Source: Candidatus Omnitrophota bacterium | Lineage (GTDB): Bacteria; Omnitrophota; Omnitrophia; Omnitrophales; Aquincolibacteriaceae | Assembly (NCBI GenBank): GCA_903856085.1 | Contig: CAIOAT010000028.1 | Span: 2,676 to 66,675, forward strand | Length of the DNA: 64,000 nt | Direction of reading: 5' to 3' | In this document: positions 28,846 to 38,474 of the stretch, piece after piece | How the letters are laid out: every line of letters starts with the position of its first letter | Position numbering within the stretch: the stretch's first letter is position 1 | Program-made: the position numbers and the translations under genes | Notes under the pieces: model-generated | Told to the model about the DNA's origin: nothing | Databases searched by the model: none | Seen by the model: only the letters and a program-made list of their open reading frames with translations

Positions 28846-28899
28846 CATATTCTGATGAGACCATCTCAAGAATTGAACTGAGACCAAAGGAGAATATCA

Positions 28900-30789
28900 A
28901 TGGCAAAACAAACGATTACATCAAGAGATATCAAGCCAACGCTTGGACTTTTTGGTGCCACTATGAATGCTATGGCGCTGATCGCGCCAGGGGCGTTTTT
29001 GTGGATCACCTATCAGCTGCAAGCCGCGGCGACTGCGCCTAACGGCATGTCCGTGGCCAGCGACATTTGGCCGGGCATTGTGCTCGCATTGATCGTGGCT
29101 TTTCTTACGGCGCTTGCCTACGCCCAGCTTGCAAAGCTTTACCCAGAGGCCGGGTTCGCGAGTTGTTGCTACTTTGCAGAAAAAGCATTCTTGGACAAGG
29201 CCGGGGCCAGACATAAAACTCATAATACCCCGACCTCTTTGGCGCGCTTTGCCAAACTCCTCACGGGTTGGTCTGCGCACCTGTTCTACTGGGTTTATCC
29301 GGGAATCATGGTCGCTTTCATGGCGACGCTTATCGGATACATCTACACACAGTTTACAGGGCACACTCTCTCCGCGGATACTTTGACACTGATTGGGATT
29401 GCTTTCGCGGGGATCACTGGCTATATCGCTTTCCGCGGGGTGAGCGGTTCTACTAAGGCGTCGATCTGGATCAACATCATTCAATTGACGGCCCTGGTCA
29501 TCTTCAGTGCACTGGCCATTTACTATCGCATGACAAATCCTCAGCATGCGACTCAATGGGCGTTTACGAGTGGCTTTGATATTTTCAAGATCCACTCTCT
29601 CCAAGGGGTGCTGGTGCAATCGACCATAGCCATTTTGATCCTGGTCGGTTTCGAAAGTTGCACGGCCCTGTCTGCAGAAACGAAAGATCCAGGGAAGACG
29701 ATTCCAAAAGCCATTATTCTTTCCCTGCTCATTCAAGGACTTGCGGCGTATCTTTTGCAATATTTTGCGGCGGGTCTCATGGTCAACGAGCATTTGACCG
29801 CGATCACAGGCACTCCAGCGGTCACAGTAACCGGCATGGCTGCGGCGGCTGCATCGAGCGCTCCTATCGGAGACCTTGCGAAGCTGCTCGGGGATAACGT
29901 CCTCCCCGGGATTGGATTTGGATTGATGATCACCATGGCTCTCACGGTAGCCATTGCGATCGTCGGGACGACCCTGAGCTGTATGAATACGGCGGTACGC
30001 GTGACCTGCGGGATGGCGGAAGATAGGGAACTACCGGAGATGTTGGGTTTCATGCATGCCGGGTTCAGCACGCCTCATATCGCTCTGTGGGTATTGGTCG
30101 TGGTTTCCTCGATTATTGCGGGGATAGGCGTGAGATCGGTTGTGGGTTTGACCGGTATTACCCTTGCTTCGAACTTGGGAACATTCATCTTGTACGGGTT
30201 GACCTGCATTTGGACCATTCTTGCGTTCAAGGATCGTAAAGATTTTAGTGCCATCAAGCACGGATGGATCCCGGCGCTCGGGTTGATCGCTAACATTGTC
30301 ATGGTGATCGGCATCCTCTATCTGTATGTCATAGGGAATGCGGACGCGAAGGCGGAGGCCCGGATCTGTTTCATTATTGCCGGCGCATGGGGCGTGATCA
30401 GCGTGTTTTATGTTCTCTTGACCAGCGTTCAAAAAACCTATCGCGTCAAAGTAGTGACGTGTGTTATTCGTCCGGAACAGCTTGGAGACGTGGCCGCGGC
30501 GCTCAGAAAAGAATCCCTCGTGGTCGGCATGACCGTAACCGACGTCCGCGGCTTCGGACGTCAACATGGCGAGACCGAGGCGGATCTGCCGGTCCATGAA
30601 GATACGATCCGGTTCCAACCGAAAGTGAAAATTGAGGTGCTTGTCAGGGACTGGGACGTCAATAAGACTATGCAAGTGATCACGGGCGCCGTACGGACGG
30701 GGAATATCGGTGACGGAAAGATCATCGTGTTTGATGCTTCGAGCGCCATGCGTATCCGTACGGGGGAAAAAGGCGTGTACGCGCTTTAA
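28900..30789 (+). CDS. APC-superfamily permease fused to a C-terminal GlnB/PII signal-transduction domain
   Basis: Residues 1 to about 510 are a multi-TM APC-like permease (GFESCTALSAETKDPGKTIPKAI). The last about 115 aa are a PII domain (YRVKVVTCVIRPEQL...MTVTDVRGFGRQHGE...PKVKIEVLV...GNIGDGKIIVFD...MRIRTGE). AAGGAG SD. Confidence 0.75.
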   Translation: MAKQTITSRDIKPTLGLFGATMNAMALIAPGAFLWITYQLQAAATAPNGMSVASDIWPGIVLALIVAFLTALAYAQLAKLYPEAGFASCCYFAEKAFLDKAGARHKTHNTPTSLARFAKLLTGWSAHLFYWVYPGIMVAFMATLIGYIYTQFTGHTLSADTLTLIGIAFAGITGYIAFRGVSGSTKASIWINIIQLTALVIFSALAIYYRMTNPQHATQWAFTSGFDIFKIHSLQGVLVQSTIAILILVGFESCTALSAETKDPGKTIPKAIILSLLIQGLAAYLLQYFAAGLMVNEHLTAITGTPAVTVTGMAAAAASSAPIGDLAKLLGDNVLPGIGFGLMITMALTVAIAIVGTTLSCMNTAVRVTCGMAEDRELPEMLGFMHAGFSTPHIALWVLVVVSSIIAGIGVRSVVGLTGITLASNLGTFILYGLTCIWTILAFKDRKDFSAIKHGWIPALGLIANIVMVIGILYLYVIGNADAKAEARICFIIAGAWGVISVFYVLLTSVQKTYRVKVVTCVIRPEQLGDVAAALRKESLVVGMTVTDVRGFGRQHGETEADLPVHEDTIRFQPKVKIEVLVRDWDVNKTMQVITGAVRTGNIGDGKIIVFDASSAMRIRTGEKGVYAL

Positions 30790-30834
30790 GTTAAGAATAG
30801 ACTCTGCCATTCACAGAAAGCGAGGGATGAAGTC

Positions 30835-31173
30835 ATGAAAAAGTTAGAGATCATCGTAAAGCCAGGAAAAAGTTCCGTGGTGCGCGAAGCGATCGAAGCT
30901 GCGGGTTACTCAGGGATCACGGCTTCGCAAGCGGAGGGACACGGAACCCAAAAGGGGTTGTCCAAGCCACAGAGCGCAGGGAACTATCGCTTGGAATTGG
31001 TTCCTAAGGTTCGTCTGGAAGTGGTTGTTCCGGATGCTGCGGTGGAACCCGTCATTGAAGCTGTGATAAAGGCGGCAAAAACGGGCGAGCCCGGGGACGG
31101 CAAGATTTTTGTTTCGGATGTTAAGGAAGTGATCCGAATCCGTACTGGTGAACGTGGTGAGAAGGCAGTTTGA
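30835..31173 (+). CDS. divergent standalone PII-like protein (non-canonical B/T-loop GHGTQKG)
   Basis: 112 aa MKKLEIIVKP...GITASQAEGHGTQKGLSKPQSAGNYRLELVPKVRLEVVVPD...GEPGDGKIFVSDVKEVIRIRTGE aligns along the full length of GlnB. GAGGGA SD. Confidence 0.7.
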   Translation: MKKLEIIVKPGKSSVVREAIEAAGYSGITASQAEGHGTQKGLSKPQSAGNYRLELVPKVRLEVVVPDAAVEPVIEAVIKAAKTGEPGDGKIFVSDVKEVIRIRTGERGEKAV

Positions 31174-31186
31174 TGAACGATTAGGT

Positions 31187-31432
31187 ATGAATGGGGTAAA
31201 TGAAATGCAGATCGAAGGCTCAGATCAAATAGGTAGCTTTAAGGTGGATCACGGAGGTCTTTCCAGAAAGGGGAAACTTCCGGAAGCGGTCCACGAATTG
31301 GAGAAGCAGATGATCGAAGAGGCCATGGCGCGTTCCGGGGGGAATCAGCGTCTGGCCTCCGAGATCCTCGGGATCACCGAACGCATGCTGGGTTACCGGC
31401 TAAAGAATTACGGTCTGAAGCCTTTCGTTTGA
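31187..31432 (+). CDS. small Fis-type HTH protein, resembling the detached C-terminal DNA-binding domain of a sigma-54 activator
   Basis: ...ELEKQMIEEAMARSGGNQRLASEILGITERMLGYRLKNYGLKPFV parallels the C-terminus of the 18555-20150 regulator. The start is uncertain: ATG 31187 or 31205, and the track uses GTG 31148. Confidence 0.5.
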   Translation: MNGVNEMQIEGSDQIGSFKVDHGGLSRKGKLPEAVHELEKQMIEEAMARSGGNQRLASEILGITERMLGYRLKNYGLKPFV

Positions 31433-31463
31433 AGATTAGTTAAAAATAAAAAAGGAGGAAGCA

Positions 31464-32804
31464 ATGGGAAAAATACAAAGAGGTTTGTTAGGTTTTTGGT
31501 TGATCGGGATGTGTCTTGCCCCAGGCGCTGTATTTGCCGAGACGACGAGTGAAGTCACAGCTCTGAAGGCGCAGATCGATGCGCTGAGCCGAAAGCTGGA
31601 AGCCATGGACAGTAAGATGATGACCATGGAAAAGCCGGCGCCCGGCGCGCAGACGGCCTATATTCCTCCGGCTCCCGCAGAGCAAGGGGGCGTTCTGCAT
31701 ACCGCCATGAAGGACATTCATATGGGTGGTTACGTGGAAACCCAATATCAGAATAAGATCGGACAACCGCAGCAGAACGGGAATGTGGGGCGTTCGCTCT
31801 CTGATAAGGCTGCCGATACCTTCTCTGTAAATGCGGCCAAGCTCTGGTTCGAGAAAGTGGCGAATCCTGAGGGCGGAGCCGGTTTTCGCATCGATATGAT
31901 GATGGGAAGCGACGTCCGTTACTACTTCAATAATTTCCAAAAAGATAATCTTGGGAATTCGAACAATGGCAGCAGCGGGGCAACGGCTTTTGCTTTCGAA
32001 CAGGCCTATGTTCAGTATATCGCGCCCTTGAGCTTCTGGTCCGGGAGCAAGATCCTGCCGCATAGCATCGATATCAAAGCTGGTAGGATGGTCACTTTAG
32101 CGGGCAACGAAGTGATCGAGGGATATCAGAACTGGAATATCAGCCGCTCGGTCTCTTTTGGTTATGCGATCCCTTTCACGCATACTGGGGTCAGGGCGAC
32201 CTATGCCTTGTTTAACGATTACCTGACCGTTTATCAGGGGATCAACAACGGTTGGGATAATGATATCGAGAACAATTCGTACAAGACCTTTGAGAATGCG
32301 TTCAGCTTCAGCCCACTCAAGGACGTCAAGTGGACTACGGCGACTTATTTTGGGCCTGAGAACAACGGCGCGAGTGGCGGAAAGCGTTTTCTGGCTACGA
32401 ACGTTCTGAGTTGGAATGCAACCAAGAAGCTTTCGTTTGCGGGTGAATTTGATATCGGCAATCAGCCTCGTGTTGATATCGCGCAGGATGGTGTGTTCCA
32501 TACCGCTCAATGGTTCGATTATGCCGCGTATGCCAGGTATCAATTCACTGAAAAGTTAGCCGCAGCTTATCGCATCGAAATGTTTGATGACAGCAATCGT
32601 TACCGGAACTGGACCAATGTCGGAACTGCTGGCGCTACCACGGATCTTGCCAATACTCTGACGCTGGAATACAAGCTCCATGAAAATATGATCGCCCGGG
32701 CAGAGTACCGGATCGATTATGCTCATGCCGGCGACGGAACGGTGTTTGGCGGAAATCATCAACAGAATACACTAGGCGGTTCGCTATCCTATGTGTTCGG
32801 CTAA
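31464..32804 (+). CDS. outer-membrane beta-barrel porin-like protein with N-terminal coiled coil
   Basis: Signal peptide (LAPGAVFA/ET), about 40-aa heptad-like segment, then about 380 aa with alternating aromatic/hydrophobic residues ending ...LSYVFG. AAGGAGG SD. The family assignment is by pattern only. Confidence 0.55.
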   Translation: MGKIQRGLLGFWLIGMCLAPGAVFAETTSEVTALKAQIDALSRKLEAMDSKMMTMEKPAPGAQTAYIPPAPAEQGGVLHTAMKDIHMGGYVETQYQNKIGQPQQNGNVGRSLSDKAADTFSVNAAKLWFEKVANPEGGAGFRIDMMMGSDVRYYFNNFQKDNLGNSNNGSSGATAFAFEQAYVQYIAPLSFWSGSKILPHSIDIKAGRMVTLAGNEVIEGYQNWNISRSVSFGYAIPFTHTGVRATYALFNDYLTVYQGINNGWDNDIENNSYKTFENAFSFSPLKDVKWTTATYFGPENNGASGGKRFLATNVLSWNATKKLSFAGEFDIGNQPRVDIAQDGVFHTAQWFDYAAYARYQFTEKLAAAYRIEMFDDSNRYRNWTNVGTAGATTDLANTLTLEYKLHENMIARAEYRIDYAHAGDGTVFGGNHQQNTLGGSLSYVFG

Positions 32805-32815
32805 GTAAAACGTGT

Positions 32816-32862
32816 CTGGGGGGAGGCAGCCCGCGAGTGCTGTCCTCCCCCAGTTTTATTTC
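32816..32862 (+). terminator. rho-independent terminator after the porin gene
   Basis: CTGGGGGGAGG-cagcccgcgagtgctgt-CCTCCCCCAG then TTTTATTT. Confidence 0.65.
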
Positions 32863-32998
32863 TCCCGGCCCTAAAATTGCCTCCCCTGGTAATGATGTCC
32901 GTACCCACCCGTTTGTTCTGTGATGGGAGGGACGCGGGGCTGGGACTTTTTTGAAGATTTAGATATTTAGTTCTCTTGAATTTATTGATCATCCGCCG

Positions 32999-33027
32999 CT
33001 GGACAGTTCTCTCAACCTGAAGTATTC
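32999..33027 (+). promoter_or_regulatory. candidate sigma-70 promoter for carAB (TGGACA-N17-TATTCT), with an ARG-box-like TTGAATTTATTGATCA just upstream
   Basis: Seen in sequence about 140 nt upstream of carA. Confidence 0.3.
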
Positions 33028-33167
33028 TATGCCCCGAAATGAAGGCATTCTGATCAGTCTTGATTCCCGGTAATTGGTAATCAGGACAGCCCCATTCAAC
33101 CCATGAAATTGACGGGAGGATTGGAGCAGTACGGAAGTCCACGGATTCACTTACCCCAGGTAAAACC

Positions 33168-34286
33168 ATGAAAAAAGCGATACTAGCGCTCGAGGATGGT
33201 GTGTGGTTTGAAGGCGAAGGTTTCGGCGCTGATGGCGAAACTTTTGGGGAAGTCGTTTTTAATACGGGCCTGAGTGGCTATCAGGAAATCCTCACCGATC
33301 CCTCCTATAAAGGTCAGATGGTCTGCATGACCTATCCGCATATCGGCAATTATGGCATCAACGCGGCAGATAGTGAATCCGCGAGGCCCTGGGTCGAAGG
33401 GTTTATCATCAAAGAACTCAGTCCCATCGTCAGCAATTACCGCTCCGAGATGACACTGGATCAATACTTGAAGAAGTACAATATCCTCGGTATTCAGGGA
33501 ATCGACACACGCAAGCTTGTGAAGCACCTAAGGACGGTGGGCGCGAAGAAAGCAGTTATTTCCACCCTGGAACTCGATCCGAAAAAACTTAGCCAAAAGG
33601 CCAAGAAATCCCCAAGTATCGAAGGCGTCGACCTTGTGAAAGAGGTCATGTGCCAAAAACCTTTTGTGTTTGACGAAGTCATGCCCGCGGAATTCGCCTG
33701 GGGCGATCAAAAGAAAAAGAAATACAAAGTCGTGGCCGTGGACAGCGGAACTAAATGGAATATCCTGAGAAAACTCAACCAGCACGGTTTTTATGTTCAG
33801 GTCGTTCCCGCGACTGCGACTGCCGAAGAAATTTTAGCCTATCAGCCGGATGGGGTCTTTCTCTCGAATGGTCCCGGCGATCCCTCGGCTGTGAAGTATT
33901 TGGTTGAAACGGTTCGTAAACTTATAGGGAAATGCCCTATGTTCGGGATCTGTCTCGGGCATCAGATGATCGGGCAGGCCCTCGGTGGGAAGACCTCAAA
34001 GCTCAAGTTCGGGCATCACGGTAATAACCAGCCAGTCATGGACCTTAAAACGCGCAAAATCGAAATCACCTCCCAAAATCATAATTTTGTGGTGAATATT
34101 GATACGCTCCCAAAAGGGGAGGTCGAGATCACCCATATCAATTTGAATGATAAGACGATGGAAGGATTGCAACACAAGAAACATCCGCTTTTCAGCGTGC
34201 AATATCACCCCGAGAATGCTCCGGGGCCGCACGATAGCGACTATCTCTTCGCCCGTTTTTATGACCTTATAGAGAAGAATCAATAA
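33168..34286 (+). CDS. carA: carbamoyl-phosphate synthase small (glutaminase) subunit
   Basis: Typical CarA N-terminus ([41 protein letters not shown]) and GATase region (GICLGHQ). Confidence 0.9.
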   Translation: MKKAILALEDGVWFEGEGFGADGETFGEVVFNTGLSGYQEILTDPSYKGQMVCMTYPHIGNYGINAADSESARPWVEGFIIKELSPIVSNYRSEMTLDQYLKKYNILGIQGIDTRKLVKHLRTVGAKKAVISTLELDPKKLSQKAKKSPSIEGVDLVKEVMCQKPFVFDEVMPAEFAWGDQKKKKYKVVAVDSGTKWNILRKLNQHGFYVQVVPATATAEEILAYQPDGVFLSNGPGDPSAVKYLVETVRKLIGKCPMFGICLGHQMIGQALGGKTSKLKFGHHGNNQPVMDLKTRKIEITSQNHNFVVNIDTLPKGEVEITHINLNDKTMEGLQHKKHPLFSVQYHPENAPGPHDSDYLFARFYDLIEKNQ

Positions 34287-34287
34287 C

Positions 34288-37200
34288 ATGCCAAAAAGAA
34301 CCGACATTAAAAAGATTCTCATCATAGGATCCGGTCCCATCATCATCGGTCAGGCTTGCGAATTCGATTATTCGGGCGCGCAAGCCGTGAAGGCGTTGAA
34401 GGAAGAAGGCTACAAGGTGGCCCTCATCAATTCGAATCCCGCGACGATCATGACAGACCCTGATCTCGCGGACGCGACTTACATTGAACCGCTGACCGTG
34501 GAATTTCTTGAGAAGGTTATAGCCAAAGAAAAGCCCGATGCGGTTCTGCCGACCATGGGCGGGCAGACGGGGTTGAACCTCGCGGTCGAGGCCTATGAGG
34601 CGGGAGTGTTCAAACGCCACAATGTCGAGATGATCGGCGCGAAGTACGAGGCGATTAAGAAGGCTGAGAATCGCGAGGAATTCAAGCGCGCTATGCAAAA
34701 GATCGGTCTAGATCTTCCGAAAAGTGATTTTGCCTACACGGTGGAGGAAGCTGAGAAGGTCGCTGAAAAGATCGGTTATCCGGTGATCGTGCGTGCGAGT
34801 TTCACGCTGGGCGGATCTGGGAGCGGTGTTTGTCATAATATCGAAGAACTGCGGACCACGGCACGCACGGGGCTTGATTACAGCCGGGTCCATGAGATCT
34901 TGATCGAAGAATCGATCGTCGGATGGAAAGAGTACGAGCTGGAAGTGATGCGGGATATCCACGATAACTTCGTGGTCATTTGTTCGATCGAGAACTTGGA
35001 TCCGATGGGCGTTCATACGGGAGATTCCATCACCGTGGCGCCGGCACAGACCTTGACGGACCGGGAATATCAACGGATGCGCGATGCCGCGCGCAAAGTC
35101 ATGTCGGAGATCGGCATTGAGACCGGTGGTTCGAACGTGCAATTCGCGGTTGATCCCAAAACGGGTCGCATGGTCATCATCGAAATGAATCCTCGTGTTT
35201 CCAGGTCTTCGGCACTCGCCTCCAAAGCCACAGGATTTCCAATCGCAAAATTCGCGGCCAAACTCGCGGTCGGGCTCACGCTGGATGAGATTCCCAACGA
35301 CATCACTAAATACACACCAGCCTCCTTCGAGCCTTCGATCGACTATTGTGTGGTCAAGATCCCGCGATTTGCTTTCGAAAAATTCGAGGGCGTAGATGAC
35401 CGTCTGTCGACGCAAATGAAATCTGTGGGCGAAGTCATGTCTATTGGCCGCACCTTCAAGGAAGCATTCCAAAAAGGATTGCGGTCGCTTGAGACGAAGC
35501 GTTTCGGGTTTGGGGGGGATGGCAAGGATAAGATCTTCGACCTCACGCTCAAAACGCGCGATGCCTATATTCAGTTCATAAAAACCGTCCCGAATGACAA
35601 AGAACTTCGTGAAAAGATATTTGCTTATGTGAAGATCCCGAGGGAAGACAGGATCTTTTATCTGAAGTATGCCTTTCTGGCTGGGTACACCACCGACGAG
35701 ATCTACAAAAAAACAGGGGTCGATCCGTGGTTTCTGGCTCAACTGAAACAAATTATTGATCTGGAGCGGGAGTTGCTTGCCGCGCAGGGAAAGCCGAAGC
35801 AACAGGAAATGCTTATGCGTCAGTCCAAGCAGTATGGATTCTCCGACCGGCAGCTGGCATTCTACTGGGGGCTTCAGGAAAAAGACGTACGCAAAAAACG
35901 TAAGGCCTTGGGTATCAGGCCGGTCTATAAGTTGGTGGATACCTGCGCCGCGGAATTCAAAGCCTATACGCCGTACTTTTATTCGACCTATGAAGATGAG
36001 GATGAATCGAACCCCAGTCGGAAAAAGAAAATCATGATCCTCGGGGGTGGGCCGAATCGCATCGGGCAGGGGATTGAATTTGATTACTGTTGCGTTCACG
36101 CCGTGTTGGCGCTCAAGAAAATGGGCTATGAAACGATCATGGTCAACTCCAATCCCGAGACCGTGAGTACGGATTATGATACTTCCGACAAACTATTTTT
36201 TGAGCCGCTCACGCTAGAAGATGTTCTCAATATCTATGAGAATGAAAAGCCGCTGGGTGTGATCCTGCAGCTTGGTGGACAAACGCCCTTGAATCTTGCG
36301 AAATCCCTTCTGGCGAACGGCGTGAAGATTCTCGGGACTTCCGTTGATGCGATTGATCGTGCCGAAGATCGCGACCGGTTCAAGAAGCTTCTTAAGAAGA
36401 TCGGTTTGCGCCAACCTGCTAATGGGATCGCGACGAGTCTCGACGAGGCCCATCAGATCGCCAAAGAGATCGGGTATCCTGTTGTCATACGTCCGTCCTA
36501 TGTGCTTGGCGGGCGCGCGATGGAGATTGTGTATGACCAGACCTCTCTTAAAAAATACATGAAATACGCGGTCGAGGCGAGTGACGACCAGCCCGTGCTG
36601 ATCGATAAGTTCCTTGAGGACGCGACCGAAATCGATGTGGATCTTATTTCTGATGGCAAAAATGCGGTCGTGGGCTCCGTGATGGAGCATATCGAAGAGG
36701 CGGGGATTCATTCCGGAGATAGTGCCTCCGTGATTCCGCCGTTCTCCATTTCACGCGAGATCGTGGAAGAGATCGTCCAGAAGACCAAGCAGATCGCCAA
36801 GGAGCTCGGAGTGGTCGGGCTGATGAATGTTCAGTATGCTATTCAGAAAGACCAGGTTTTTTGCCTGGAGGTGAACCCGCGCGCATCGCGGACGGTGCCC
36901 TTCGTAAGTAAAACAATCGGTGTGCCGCTTGCGAAACTTGCTGCACAGCTCATGGTAGGGAAATCGCTCAAGGATTTGAAATTCACCGAAGAGATCGTGC
37001 CGAAACATGTGGCGGTGAAGGAGTCTGTTTTTCCGTTCGTGAAGTTCCCGGGGGTTGACATCATCCTTTCTCCGGAAATGAAATCCACCGGAGAAGTGAT
37101 GGGTATCGACAAGGATTTTGGAAAGGCCTTCTATAAATCCCAGGACGCAGCCATGTCCCACATTCCGCGCAAGGGCACTGTGTTCATTAGTGTGAAAGAG

Positions 37201-37578
37201 ACTGATAAGCCCAAGATCGCCGAGATCGCTCGGGAGTTCCATAAGCTGGGCTTGAAGATCGTTTCGACCAAGGGGACGGCCAAGGTTTTGAAAGAAGCGG
37301 GAGTTCCTGCCGAGGAGGTTCTCAAAATGGTGGAAGGAAGCCCCAACCTCTCGCATTGGATCAAGGAAAAGAAGATGGACCTTATTATTAACACGCCAAG
37401 CGGAAAAGGTCCTATGTTGGATGAAGGCAAGATAAGGTCGCTTGCAGTCTCCTTTAATATTCCCTGCATCACCACGCTGAGCGCCGCCCGTGCGGCCGTG
37501 CGAGGGCTCCAGGCCGTAAAGGATAATGATCTGGATGTCCGGTCGATTCAAGACTATCACGGTGTTAAGAGTAAATAA
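34288..37578 (+). CDS. carB: carbamoyl-phosphate synthase large subunit
   Basis: 1096 aa with two ATP-grasp halves, an oligomerisation domain and a C-terminal MGS-like domain. N-terminal [22 protein letters not shown]. Confidence 0.95.
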   Translation: MPKRTDIKKILIIGSGPIIIGQACEFDYSGAQAVKALKEEGYKVALINSNPATIMTDPDLADATYIEPLTVEFLEKVIAKEKPDAVLPTMGGQTGLNLAVEAYEAGVFKRHNVEMIGAKYEAIKKAENREEFKRAMQKIGLDLPKSDFAYTVEEAEKVAEKIGYPVIVRASFTLGGSGSGVCHNIEELRTTARTGLDYSRVHEILIEESIVGWKEYELEVMRDIHDNFVVICSIENLDPMGVHTGDSITVAPAQTLTDREYQRMRDAARKVMSEIGIETGGSNVQFAVDPKTGRMVIIEMNPRVSRSSALASKATGFPIAKFAAKLAVGLTLDEIPNDITKYTPASFEPSIDYCVVKIPRFAFEKFEGVDDRLSTQMKSVGEVMSIGRTFKEAFQKGLRSLETKRFGFGGDGKDKIFDLTLKTRDAYIQFIKTVPNDKELREKIFAYVKIPREDRIFYLKYAFLAGYTTDEIYKKTGVDPWFLAQLKQIIDLERELLAAQGKPKQQEMLMRQSKQYGFSDRQLAFYWGLQEKDVRKKRKALGIRPVYKLVDTCAAEFKAYTPYFYSTYEDEDESNPSRKKKIMILGGGPNRIGQGIEFDYCCVHAVLALKKMGYETIMVNSNPETVSTDYDTSDKLFFEPLTLEDVLNIYENEKPLGVILQLGGQTPLNLAKSLLANGVKILGTSVDAIDRAEDRDRFKKLLKKIGLRQPANGIATSLDEAHQIAKEIGYPVVIRPSYVLGGRAMEIVYDQTSLKKYMKYAVEASDDQPVLIDKFLEDATEIDVDLISDGKNAVVGSVMEHIEEAGIHSGDSASVIPPFSISREIVEEIVQKTKQIAKELGVVGLMNVQYAIQKDQVFCLEVNPRASRTVPFVSKTIGVPLAKLAAQLMVGKSLKDLKFTEEIVPKHVAVKESVFPFVKFPGVDIILSPEMKSTGEVMGIDKDFGKAFYKSQDAAMSHIPRKGTVFISVKETDKPKIAEIAREFHKLGLKIVSTKGTAKVLKEAGVPAEEVLKMVEGSPNLSHWIKEKKMDLIINTPSGKGPMLDEGKIRSLAVSFNIPCITTLSAARAAVRGLQAVKDNDLDVRSIQDYHGVKSK

Positions 37579-37699
37579 AAAACTCGCTTCTCAAAAGTCA
37601 TAGCTATTTAGGCTAGTGCAAAAAATTCAATAACCCACCGCACAGATTTTTCCTCAATACCGTTTATTTGTAAATTCAAAATCCATGTGTTAGCTTATC

Positions 37700-37800
37700 A
37701 GTAAGGGCAAAACCTGAGAAATCAGGTGACGTTCGCCGTATTTTGCGGCGGATCCGCAGGCTGTTTCTGCGGGCAAAACCACAATCCCGACCGTTCGAAA
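37700..37800 (+). promoter_or_regulatory. structured 5' leader upstream of the rlpA-like gene; GEMM-like candidate
   Basis: GGGCAAAACC occurs twice (37705, 37771). Hairpins CCTGA-GAAA-TCAGG (GNRA loop), GCGG-cggat-CCGC and CCGCAG-gctgttt-CTGCGG. Confidence 0.3.
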
Positions 37801-37853
37801 GTAACGAAAATCTTCGAGCGAGGGAGGTTGGGTTGCCGGGAAGGGGTTTTCTC

Positions 37854-38318
37854 GTGAAACGTAGTTTCAATAGATTTTTTGTCGTTTTGATGCTGACCGC
37901 CGTGCCGTTCGTGTACGCACAGCCGGTGTCTTTTTCCCAAGATTTCGTGGTATCTCCCGAATCTGTGTTTCCGACTGTTTCAGTATCGATGGGACGACTC
38001 CCGGCCACGGTTTCTGATCCTGTGTTTTTCGGTACGGCATCCTGGTACAGCCGGTCCGATCGTGGTATCAAAAAGAGAACAGCGAGTGGAGTGATCTTCG
38101 ATCATTCGAAGAAAACCTGCGCATCTTGGGGGTTCTCCTTTGGGACTCGGCTCCGCGTGACCAATCTGCAGAACGGTCGTTCCGTCATTTGTGTGGTCAA
38201 TGACCGTGGGCCTGCCAAGAAGCTAAAACGCTTGGTGGATCTGACCCAAACCGCTTTTCGCGAGATCGCGGATCCCAAACACGGTCTCATTCGGGTCAGT
38301 GTGACGCCTCTTCGCTAG
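37854..38318 (+). CDS. RlpA-like double-psi beta-barrel (septal ring lytic transglycosylase RlpA family) protein
   Basis: GTG start with AAGGGG SD, signal peptide, GTASWYS...TASGVIF...ICVVNDRGP DPBB motifs. Confidence 0.7.
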   Translation: MKRSFNRFFVVLMLTAVPFVYAQPVSFSQDFVVSPESVFPTVSVSMGRLPATVSDPVFFGTASWYSRSDRGIKKRTASGVIFDHSKKTCASWGFSFGTRLRVTNLQNGRSVICVVNDRGPAKKLKRLVDLTQTAFREIADPKHGLIRVSVTPLR

Positions 38319-38474
38319 ACTATAAAAAAGGGCGTATGAATTTGACTAGTCTTCGCTAAAGTTCGATGTTAGATTATCCCCGCCGGTCAAACTTTAAATT
38401 TCGTTATTGGGATGGTGTTTGGGATTGTGACTTCCCTAATTTCTGCTTCACAAAAATTGATAGGTGTTGGGACT

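Noticed and set aside
34708-36099. 463-aa minus-strand ORF, and other long antisense ORFs (36214-36711, 36751-37560, 41377-42453, 44332-45114, 45265-45909, 56364-57488, 6684-7445, 3608-4024)
   Set aside because: They lie entirely antisense to strongly supported genes (carB, msbA, the giant surface protein, valS, prs, the ABC permease). They are Arg/His-rich as expected for GC-rich antisense frames and show no recognisable motifs. They are spurious.
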